Position numbers and translations under genes: made by a program. Under the pieces are notes generated by a model. That model was not told the origin of the DNA. It saw only the letters and a list, made by a program, of their open reading frames with translations, and did no database searches. Source: Lama guanicoe (taxonomy: Eukaryota). Taken from it: a DNA stretch of 64,000 nucleotides. Location of the stretch: positions 1,587,168-1,651,167 of the forward strand of contig MU053482.1 in the NCBI GenBank assembly GCA_013239625.1. The letters are read 5' to 3'. The first letter of the stretch is position 1. The number at the start of each line of letters is the position of its first letter. This document shows positions 12,868 to 22,539 of this stretch, one piece after another.

Positions 12868-13821
12868 TCAGCACAGCCAGAGTGTGTGTAAATCCACTTT
12901 TCTTCGCCATAATTTCACCAAAGCTCTTTTCATCTCACTGTTTCGCAAACTGTAGATCAGTGGATTCAGCAGAGGTGTGAGAAGTGAGTAAGACAATGAC
13001 ATCAGCTTCTTGGTTTCTGGGGAGTAGCCAGATTTGGGTTGTAAGTAAGTCATACTGGCCGTGCCATAGAAGAGGGTGACAGAGGTGAGATGGGAGGCAC
13101 AGGTGGAAAAGGCTTTTTGCCTTCCGGTTGTCGATGGCATCTTCAGGATGGCAAAGAGGATTCGAGTGTAAGACAAGAGTATCAACAGGAAAGGAACCAT
13201 AATGATCAAAATGGTGCCAGTGAATGCGTAGATTTCAAACATAAAGGTGTCTGCACATGCAAGCTCTAGCACTGCAGGGGTTTCACAAGAGATATGATTA
13301 ATTTCATTGGGGCCACAAAAGGGAAAACTAGACACCCATGATGTTTGCACAGTACCTAATGTGAAACCTAAGCCCCATGAGCATATAACCAATTTCATGA
13401 AAACCTTTTTGTTCATAATCACTGGGTAGCTCAGAGGACAGCAGATTGCAGCAAATCGGTCATAAGCCATTGCCCCCAGGAGAAAACATTCAGTCCCACC
13501 AAAAAAAAGAACAAAATACATCTGTGCAAAACAGCTCACAAATGAAATTGAAGTTTTTTCAGTGGCGAGGACCACCAGCATTTCAGGCATAATGACCGCG
13601 CTGATACTCACATCAACCACAGACAAGTTCAGGAGAAACAGATACATGGGAACGTGGAGGCTCTGTTCCAGGGAGATGATGACTATAATGATGGCATTTC
13701 CTGTCAGGGTCACCAGATAAATAATCAAGAAAATCCCAAAGAGCTGCTGTTGGAGTTCTGGAAAGTTAGAAAAGCCAAGGAGGATGAACTCAACCACAGA
13801 GCTTTGATTTTGCCTTTTCAT
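12868..13821 (-). CDS. OR10A6: Olfactory receptor family 10A, OR10A6-like, 317 aa, intact single coding exon
   Basis: ORF has the OR motifs LHVPMYLFL, MAYDRFAAIC, KAFSTCASHL and PLLNPLIYSLRN. Start set at MKRQNQS (ATG at 13821, NQS sequon). The segments SWGLGFTLGTVQTSWVSS, NHISCETPAV and SLSYSLL match human OR10A6 as recalled. Confidence 0.88.
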   Translation of the reverse strand: MKRQNQSSVVEFILLGFSNFPELQQQLFGIFLIIYLVTLTGNAIIIVIISLEQSLHVPMYLFLLNLSVVDVSISAVIMPEMLVVLATEKTSISFVSCFAQMYFVLFFGGTECFLLGAMAYDRFAAICCPLSYPVIMNKKVFMKLVICSWGLGFTLGTVQTSWVSSFPFCGPNEINHISCETPAVLELACADTFMFEIYAFTGTILIIMVPFLLILLSYTRILFAILKMPSTTGRQKAFSTCASHLTSVTLFYGTASMTYLQPKSGYSPETKKLMSLSYSLLTPLLNPLIYSLRNSEMKRALVKLWRRKVDLHTLWLC

Positions 13822-14472
13822 TTCAGTAGTGGAGCATATTTTGTATTTATGCACATAGTATATAAATTATGAAGTCATAGTCCAATAGCTGAGAGTCTGT
13901 GTCTGCATTCACCCCAGATATTCTTGGGAGAAGATGTAACAAGGAACCCATCCTGACAGAAATTCAGTTTGGCAATTTTGAAGAATAGCCAGTTATTCCA
14001 ACGAATGAATCTCTCAAATAAAAAGGAGGAAGTGAAGAAGTCTGGCTGAGAAATCTTGTCTGAAAAGTACAAAATAATATGAAATTTCTTTTGCAACTTG
14101 TACATTGTGTAGTTGGAAAACGAAAGTAGCCTTAAAACAAACTGAAGTATTTCATAACTTGGGTTCCATTCCCATGACATTGCTACCAGTATCATCTAAT
14201 TTTCTCAATTTTACATAAATATGAAATTTAAGGCTGCAAAAAATAAAGTATAAAAAGTTGACAAATGGAAAAAGAAAGCCACCAAAATTTTGGTAATAGT
14301 CTAATAATTCAAAGTTACAGCATAGTTGACTGGTATTTATTATAACTATTAATCTTGTTCAAAATCCCTTTTTGTGATTTGGTTAAATATGTGATTGGCC
14401 TGCATGGGAAATTTCGAGGATAAATTCTCTACGGCTCATCCTTGTTATGATGACTTAAGAAAAGTCCATTTT

Positions 14473-14610
14473 GGAGGGAGGGTATAGCTCAGCAGTAGAG
14501 AGACTGCTTAGCATTCACGAGGTCATGGGTTCAATCTCCAGTACCCCCATTAGTAAATAAATAAATCTATTACCTCCCCCACAAAAGAAGTTTAACTTCC
14601 TAAAAAAAAG
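14473..14610 (+). mobile_element. tRNA-derived SINE (Vic-like)
   Basis: Head GGGAGGGTATAGCTCAGCAGTAGAG, B box GGTTCAATCTCC, A-rich tail. Confidence 0.85.
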
Positions 14611-16090
14611 TGCAATATTTATCGTTCTGAAATTGTGATTTAAACATTCCCCCCCACCTTTCTCCCTCCTCTCTTTCTCACAAAGAAGTTCATTTAATCA
14701 CTATTCAGTGCTGAATGACACTGACTCAGCACCTACCATTTTCTAGGCTCAGTGACCTCCAGCACACATGGGACCCCACAACCACACGAGAGAGCATTTT
14801 ATCCTTACCTCCATACTCTCTAATTCCTAGCTCTTATAAATTGCTCTATTTTTCTCCATTACCACCAATTGACATTATATAAAAATGTATATGTAAAACC
14901 TAACTTCCTCACTAGAATACAAACCCCAGGAGTCAAAGATTTTGTTTGTTCTTTGCTATTTTCACAATGTCTACAGCAGCCCCTGGCCCATAGTAGACAC
15001 TAAACCAATATTTGATGAATAAAGGAAGAAAAAAATGAGGAAAATCCACAAAACCTTCAAGGAATAGAGTGTCTAAAAGGAAAATGAAACCAGCACACAC
15101 ACTGTTGGGAAGCGGAGGTGATAACAAGTGCTGTAGACCTTTCAGTGAAGTGCTGAGCACTTCTGATGGGGGAGGGAGCGTGAAGAAGCAGAATCGCAGA
15201 CTGCCATCAGTGGAAGGAGGAAAGCAGAAGGAGGGGGATGGATGACTGGCTCAGGGCAAAGTTATCTGATGACAACTTAGCATTACAGTGGAGGCCTGTT
15301 GGCCTTTGTGTGATGATTCGAAAACCATCAGAAATATGCTGTGGAACCCAGGAGAACAGAAGGATACAGCAAGTTGAAGACATTGAATGTCTTGAGTGCA
15401 GATCAGTAGGACGTCAGCAGACACTAGAAGGCAAACTGATTTATTTCTCAGTAAATCATCATTAAAATGGAATGCATTAACCATAATAATTATATTTAAG
15501 ATATTAAAAAATCACCTAGAATTAGTAAAGTATAGTCATAGGATCAAACATTTAAAACATATTTCTAATGGAGAAAAAAAGAATAATGTGTTTCATTTGC
15601 AAATATTTAAAAGTGGATGGATTTTGAAATTAGAAAATTTAGAGTGTAATATAAATAAAATGAAACCTTTGGGGGCTGATTGTAAGCATGTTAAGGAACA
15701 AAAGTTTCTTGAGTGATAAAGAGTAAATGACCACAGATGGTCCACGATTTCTCTATAACTTAGAAGACTGATGCTGTCGTGATAACTTATTGATATAAAA
15801 TACTTGGGCATATCACCCCCTTCGCCAGGCTTCATCCTTACAGCTGAAAAAAGTTGGAGTTAGACTTATTTACTAAATTCACATCTCTGATTGTTGCCTG
15901 AACCTTTTTCTGAAATGAAGAGAATAGACTGACTAACATCAACACCAAAGAGTCTACTGAGTCGAATATTTCAGCTGTGTCTGGTGTTTCCTGAGCACTG
16001 AGCTTCACTTCAAAGCATCTTCAACTATCAGTTGAGGATGCACTGTAAATAGAAAACCTACTAACAAGCACACAGCCGAATCTCCACTTT

Positions 16091-16400
16091 CTTACCTACT
16101 GAGTCTGTCGATTTAAAATTCATGCTACAGCATCAGAAATTTTACCTCTAGTCAAAAGCCACCTTTCCATAAACACAACTCAGTGATTCAAGTCCATTGA
16201 TCCTAAGACGTTATATGACATTGAATCACGTGCCCTGGAGAACCCATCCCTGGAGAACTCGCAGTCACTTCGTACATGCGTCCCTGTATTTTTGCATAAT
16301 AACTAAAGGAGCTTGAACTTGGCTCCTCAGGTGAGAAAGCTCAAAAGCACAAACCTGGAGCACCACTTCCTCAAATTCCTATGGGGAATAAACACTTCCT
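16091..16400 (-). promoter_or_regulatory. Candidate OR10A6 promoter and non-coding first exon
   Basis: Minus-strand donor AG|GTAAG at 16096/16095, with a similarly placed donor upstream of OR10A3 at 25343/25342; O/E (EBF)-like sites TCCCTGGAGA (~16248) and TTCCTATGGGGA (~16376); candidate acceptor ttttcag at ~14060. Confidence 0.35.
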
Positions 16401-17822
16401 CAGACAAGGGACTCTATTTCCCAATAGCAAGTGGAAACAGGCTGAATGAAGGTTGTATACGGGGAAAGAAGAGATCAGAGAGATGAACGTGTGAGCAAAT
16501 GCAGGAGAGCCAGAGGGAGACGAGTGATTTGATGGAATGAGCAGTTTGTGCAGTGCTGGGAAACAGGTTAAGGCAAGTGGATGGGGGCCTCTTTGTGAAG
16601 AGCCTCGATGGCCTCCCACCTGTCCCCTCCCGACCAAGAACTTTTGATCATTTGTAGTAGAAGTACAGAGGCACTGAAAATTTTATGAGAAAAATGTCAT
16701 AACAATTGACTTCAGACAGAATTTTTAAACTGGAAATCCAAAATCTGGACTAGTTTGTATAATTTGAGCAAATTCATTTAACTTCTCTGATTCTATTACT
16801 TTCTCTATAAAATAAACACAATATTATTAATCTCATCAAGTATTTGTGAAAATCAAGGGACTTGGGGATCAGTCTAAACTGGCTTGAATAATTAAGGAAG
16901 CCACTGGCTCAGTCCCAGGAGACTGAAGTGATGAATGAATCTGCAGGCCTGACTTTGTCCAGAACTGGACGATGTAGCCAGAATGCAGGTTACCTTTGTT
17001 CACTTCCGCTTGCTGTTTTCCTGGAGTAGGTTGTCTCATTCTCAAGGAAGCTCACCCTTCCTGGCAGCAACAAGGCTGACAACACCACTTAGGGATTCAT
17101 TCTATCTAATCTGTGTCCAGTGGGAAATGTACCAGTTGTGCTGAAGAAAAGATTTTCATCACAAAATCAATCCAAGGATTCCTCCCATATCATTCACCAT
17201 GGTGGGATGACACCCCATGCATGAGCAGTCACATGCTCCAGGCATGGGGAAGGCTGCCTAATATGTGCTCTCCATGATTCATATTCTGTGAATCCCATCC
17301 CGGGGAACTTCGGACATACTGAAATCTTCTATTTCTTGATGTAGGTGACAGTAGCACAGGGGATGTGCAGTTTGTGAAATGTCATCAAGATGTGGAGTCA
17401 TGCTTTGTACCCCTTCCTAGGTGTGTATTTGACTAGATCCATACATTTCAGATACATGGAAAGGGATAAAGGGAAAGAAGATTAATACCAAACTAGTTCA
17501 AAGCCAATAGTACTAAATTTATTTTTAAAAATCAAAATGGAGATTTAACATAGCTTCTTCAAGGACTGACAAAGCAAACAGAAAGCAAAGACATGGACGT
17601 GGCAAGATTTTAATAACATTTTAATTTAATGGATGGTAATGAGAGAGTAACTGTGGGACAGAAAGAACACTTTTTACCTTGCTTCTGTACATTTTCCTAC
17701 CAAAATGTTTCTGACATCTTTACAAAAAGTGGTAAAGTATTGGTCAGAGAGAAAACAGCAATAAATGCAAGCATTTGGCAGTCACACATGGAACATACTT
17801 TGCGATAAAACTCCAGAACAGA

Positions 17823-17945
17823 GGGGAGGGTATAGCTTAAGTGGTGGAGTTCGTGCTTAGCATGCACGAAGTGCTGGGTTCAATCCCCAGCACCTCCACT
17901 GAGAAACCACATAAATAAATCTAATTATTTCCCCCCTGGAAAAAA
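17823..17945 (+). mobile_element. tRNA-derived SINE (Vic-like)
   Basis: Head GGGGAGGGTATAGCTTAAGTGG, B box GGTTCAATCCCC, TSD AAAACTCCA(G/A)AACA. Confidence 0.85.
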
Positions 17946-18028
17946 CTCCAAAACAAAAGCAAAATTTAGATAAAAAACTGAATATTATTATAAGTATTGT
18001 TAAATAACTGATTATTAAAAGATCCCAA

Positions 18029-18078
<50 letters not shown>

Positions 18079-18099
18079 TACTACTACTACTATTATTAT
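18029..18099. repeat. Compound microsatellite (ATT)n(ACT)5(ATT)n
   Basis: Directly visible. Confidence 0.95.
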
Positions 18100-18830
18100 C
18101 TAGAGTGTGGCAGAACCAGTATAGGAAACTAGTTTTTCTTAATCCTTGTTGCATTTTCCTATAGCTTCCATTAAGCCATGCTTTCTATGCTTTATGCATA
18201 TTAAATTGGCAGTAATGAGTAATGTATACTTATTCTGCATTTTTTATTTCTTCGAATTTTATCAAGAAATACTTGATATAGAATATTTTATTAGGTTAAA
18301 GTCACAACTTAATGATTTGATATATGTATGTGTTGCAAAATAATTACCACAGTAAGTTTAGTTTAAGACCCCTATAATGGAAACGGAAGAGGTAGGAGCT
18401 ACAAAATGTACCTAAAACCAGCCAGGCAACTTTAAATGCAGAATCAAAAGAATAAAGCCAACTTTTAATACAGGTTCAAAATGCATATTTCAAACTGGTA
18501 TGAAGTCCACAGTGAGAAAGTTTCAGCAGCAGCTCCTCTAAAGTTTCCTCTGAAGTGTGTGGGTCATAGGGCAGACTCCCACGGGACACCTCATGACCAA
18601 CTCCGTGGTCATCCAAGGGGCCCATTGGACCCCCTCCCACAAGATGCTACCCCAACATAGGAGCTTTCCTTCATTCTCCCACATTCTCTTCTGCTTTCCT
18701 CAGCTGGGGAAGGGGACAGGTGAGACTCTTCAGAAGTAAGGAAGATGAAGATGGCCTAACTTTAGGATAAAATGTGAAAAAAACAAACAGATTCTATACT
18801 GTGAAGATTAACTTCTTTGAAGCATTTGCC

Positions 18831-19985
18831 TTTTTTTTCTTTCACAATTGAGATTTTATTGGTTGTTCTGTGGATCAATACACAGACATTTCAATTTGTA
18901 CACAATTCTTAACATATGTACCAAAAATCTAAAAAAATCATGTAGTTGTGATTCTTTTCCAAACAGTTATTCCAGTGACTTAGAAGCTTAAAATGTGGAA
19001 GCAAATTTTCCTTAACAGGGTATCAAGTACCAATATCATCCAGTGTTGATATGCTGTTATATCGTAAGTCCCACCAATTCACAATTTAATATCATATACA
19101 CTGCATACTCAAACTTTCAATCCTTCACTGCACATTAACAAAGTTACTAGGAAAACTGGACTACCACGACCAAAGATGTTACAGAGTGCACAAAATTCTG
19201 ACCAGGAGAGCCAAGATCAAGAAGTGGTTTGCTTTAGGAAACATCTCTACCAAAAACAACATGGGAAGAGATGCAATTTAAAGTGTTCAACAACACTGTA
19301 AAATGATTATGAATCAATAAAAAATGTAAAAAAAAATAAATAAATAAAATAAAGTGTTCAAGACATTAAATGCACAACTGACTCCAAATTGCAATTTAAT
19401 TATGCTCTGTATTATAGGATATAAAAACTACCCTCCCCCCATTATGGCATGTTAAGCTGACACCGAAGACAATCAAAGTCTCCCATATTCAATATCCCGC
19501 TATTTTCTGGTTGTATCAAAAAATAAACAACCGGCAAATGATTTCACGTCTTTAAAAAAAAGCATTTACACTTAAAAAATAGGATGAGGTGGGATTCCCT
19601 CCTTCTTAAAAATGTTTCTAGAGCTACTATAAAATTTGCATTTACAAAATAGTTGATAAATATACTCCTCTGGATTGTACAAGAAGGGAGACAGGGCCCA
19701 CTGATAAGACCAGGTGAGTGCTATTAATCAGACTTGGCTTCTTTCTCTTCTGTTTCATCAGAGGCTGGGCTCTCCTCATTTTTAGTTTCTCCGTTTTCTG
19801 CAGGAAAATCTTCTTTAATTTCTTGGTTAGCCACTTCGGCCTGTTTTCCCTTTTTCCCTTTTGTTTACACTTTTCTGTCTGAAGATTTATCCTTTCCTTT
19901 CGCCTTTTTTGGCTTCGTTTTCACTTTTAGCTGACAACCTCGCCGATCTCCTCTTCGGCTCCTCCTTCACCGCCCCGTCAGCGGT
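18831..19985 (-). pseudogene. HMGN1: HMGN1 processed pseudogene, 5'-truncated and frameshifted
   Basis: Minus strand encodes ..GAVKEEPKRRSARLSAK, then after a frameshifting deletion ..KPKKAKGKDKSSDRKV*TKG..KGKQAEVANQEIKEDFPAENGETKNEESPASDETEEKEAKSD*. Intronless; about 900 nt of 3' UTR; AATAAA at 18855-18860 on the minus strand; poly(A) remnant near 18831-18842. Confidence 0.92.
19291..19350 (+). mobile_element. 60-bp L1 3' terminus plus A-tail, nested in the HMGN1 pseudogene UTR
   Basis: Perfect TSD AAAGTGTTCAA at 19280-19290 and 19351-19361, at a TT/AAAG site; body resembles the other L1 tails in the window (e.g. 38885-38930). Confidence 0.8.
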
Positions 19986-21000
19986 CATCTTAGCAAAAAC
20001 TCTTTGAATCAACAAATATGTGGACAAATGAAGCTATACATTTTGGTTTGAGATTAGGCTTTCAGAGGTTTTTTTTCCCCCATGAATGGCTTTTATAATT
20101 GGCCCCTCTAAGGGCTATGAGAAGGAAATTTCAGGACACCAGAGACAGAATCTGATAAAAAGTACTTCCAAATGCCTGTTTAATATCCTACTGAAAAGAT
20201 TATACAGCATTTGGCTGCTACTCAGACTGGTTACGACCATTTGATGGTGAGGTTAATTTTTGTGAAACTGACCAGTTGTGTGTCTCTACTCTTCTGGCAG
20301 AGGCAGCAGTAATCAAAATGTGTTTTTCTTACAGCTGAATGACAATGGAGATAGTGTTATGTCCCTTTAATACCATCCCTGGAGCAGAAACTAAGGACAG
20401 TCGGAGCTCACGCGGTGTAGATTCAATAAAGAGGACCCTCTCTATTTGCAAAGGGCAACATTAAAAGAGGAAGCAAGCATTCACTGTTCCAAATATTGCA
20501 AGATGAGAAATTATTCGGGGAAGATCACACAGTTAATGATGTGACTCAAGAACCATAGGAAAGATGCACAAATCGTTCATCACTTAGTTTCCCACAATAA
20601 AAAAATGAATCATCTTTTATTTATACCGAAAGTGTCTGAGGGCAATTTGGGACCATCAGGGGAAATTTAACAAAAGTCTCTAAAGACAGTGGTCTGTAAG
20701 GGAAAAAGATACTACAACTATCAAGTGAGACTTAAGGAAGTCCCCATGGAGTTCTCTGGTCACCAACGCTGGATAAATATACGGGAAAATATCAGGAGAA
20801 ATCCTGTTTTGAATTATAATCTGTGTGCATCCATGAAGTGGAATAGTTTGGTCTCTCAAAAATAGCTATACTTTGTTTACACATTTATGGAACACATTCT
20901 CACTCCAGAAATTAAAATCTCATCTATAGTTGGTCCCTTGAAGCTCTACCCTGTTACAGCAGCAGAGTGAGCCTTCTGATCAGTCTGAAAAGTTATAATG

Positions 21001-21157
21001 TTTTTTAAATTTTATTTATTTTTTAAAAAATTGGTGGGGGGAGATAATTAGGTATTTATTTATTAGTTTGTTTGTTTTATGGAGGCACTGGGGATTGAAC
21101 CCAAGACCTTGTGCATGCTAAGCACACACTCTACCACTGAGCTATGCCCTCCCCCCT
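21001..21157 (-). mobile_element. tRNA-derived SINE (Vic-like)
   Basis: Reverse head and B box; TSD TGAAAAGTTA(T/C)AATG. Confidence 0.85.
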
Positions 21158-21585
21158 TGAAAAGTTACAATGATTTTGAAAAGTAATTCTGCAACAGCTA
21201 TTAAAATCTATAAGCATACATACTCTTCATCCCATCAGACCCACTTTGAGGAATCTATCACACAGGGATAAAATGTCAGCACATACGAACATATGGAACT
21301 AGATGTTTATTGAAGCTTAATCTTAATGACAATAATTCAGTAACAACTTGGATAATTATAGTAGAGAAACAGATAAACTGTTGTATTATATGTCATGAAA
21401 ACATATTATCTATGAAAAATGAATGACAACAATACATTATCAAAAGAAAGGGATCCCTAATATATTGTTGAATTTGGAAAACTCAACAAATTAAACATGT
21501 TCATACCAAGAAATGCAGATTATTTGGCCATTTGTAAAATTCAAACAGAGTTCCACTGAGCAGTGACCAAATATCACACGGCTTC

Positions 21586-22539
21586 TCAGCACAGCCAGAG
21601 TGTGTGTAAATCCACTTTTCTTCGCCATAATTTCACCAAAGCTCTTTTCATCTCACTGTTTCGCAAACTGTAGATCAGTGGATTCAGCAGAGGTGTGAGC
21701 AACGTGTAAGCCAAAGACATCAGCTTCTTGGTTTCTGGGGAGTAGCCAGATTTGGGTTGTAAGTAAGTCATACTGGCCGTGCCATAGAAGAGGGTGACAG
21801 AGGTGAGATGGGAGGCACAGGTGGAAAAGGCTTTTTGCCTTCCGGTTGTCGATGGCATCTTCAGGATGGCAAAGAGGATTCGAGTGTAAGACAAGAGTAT
21901 CAACAGGAAAGGAACCATAATGATCAAAATGGTGCCAGTGAATGCGTAGATTTCAAACATAAAGGTGTCTGCACATGCAAGCTCTAGCACTGGGGGAGTC
22001 TCACAGAAGAGATGATTAATTTCATTGGGGCCACAAAAGGGAAAACTAAAAACCCACGAGGTCTGCATAGTAGCCACCATGATCCCTGAGACCCATGAGA
22101 ATATCACTAATTTCATGAAAACCTTTTTGTTCATAATCACTGGGTAGCTCAGAGGACAGCAGATTGCAGCAAATCGGTCATAAGCCATTGCCCCCAGGAG
22201 AAAACATTCAGTCCCACCAAAAAAAAGAATAAAATACATCTGTGCAAAACAGCTCACAAACGAAATTGATGTTTTTACAGTGGCGAGGACCACCAGCATT
22301 TCAGGCATAATGACTGCACTGAAACTGACATCAACCACAGACAAGTTCAGGAGAAACAAGTACATGGGAACGTGGAGGCTCTGTTCCAGGGAGATGACGA
22401 CTATAATGATGGCATTTCCCATCAGGGTCACCAAGTAAACAACCAGGAACACCCCAAAGAGCTGCCCCTGGAGTTCAGGAAAGTCAGAAAAGCCCAAGAG
22501 GATGAACTCAACCACAGAGCTTTGGTTTTGCCTTTTCAT
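21586..22539 (-). CDS. OR10A3: Olfactory receptor family 10A, OR10A3-like, 317 aa, intact single coding exon
   Basis: Same OR motifs; start MKRQNQS (ATG at 22539). The segments SWVSGIMVATMQTSWVFS, NHLFCETPPV and SLAYTLL match human OR10A3 as recalled. Gene order relative to EIF3F fits. Confidence 0.88.
   Translation of the reverse strand: MKRQNQSSVVEFILLGFSDFPELQGQLFGVFLVVYLVTLMGNAIIIVVISLEQSLHVPMYLFLLNLSVVDVSFSAVIMPEMLVVLATVKTSISFVSCFAQMYFILFFGGTECFLLGAMAYDRFAAICCPLSYPVIMNKKVFMKLVIFSWVSGIMVATMQTSWVFSFPFCGPNEINHLFCETPPVLELACADTFMFEIYAFTGTILIIMVPFLLILLSYTRILFAILKMPSTTGRQKAFSTCASHLTSVTLFYGTASMTYLQPKSGYSPETKKLMSLAYTLLTPLLNPLIYSLRNSEMKRALVKLWRRKVDLHTLWLC

Noticed and set aside
13822..13854. N-terminal extensions of the OR ORFs (also 22540-22557)
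   Set aside because: The start shared by both paralogues is MKRQNQS. The OR10A6 extension begins at GTG. The upstream ATG in OR10A3 is not shared, though its use cannot be excluded.
17823..17897. tRNA gene call for the SINE heads
   Set aside because: Multiple diverged copies with a shared non-tRNA tail and TSDs; these are SINEs.
17966..18154. Poly-Asn/Ser ORF
   Set aside because: Translation of the (ATT)n(ACT)n microsatellite.
19734..19934. 66-aa Ser/Phe-rich plus-strand ORF
   Set aside because: Antisense of the HMGN1 pseudogene coding region.
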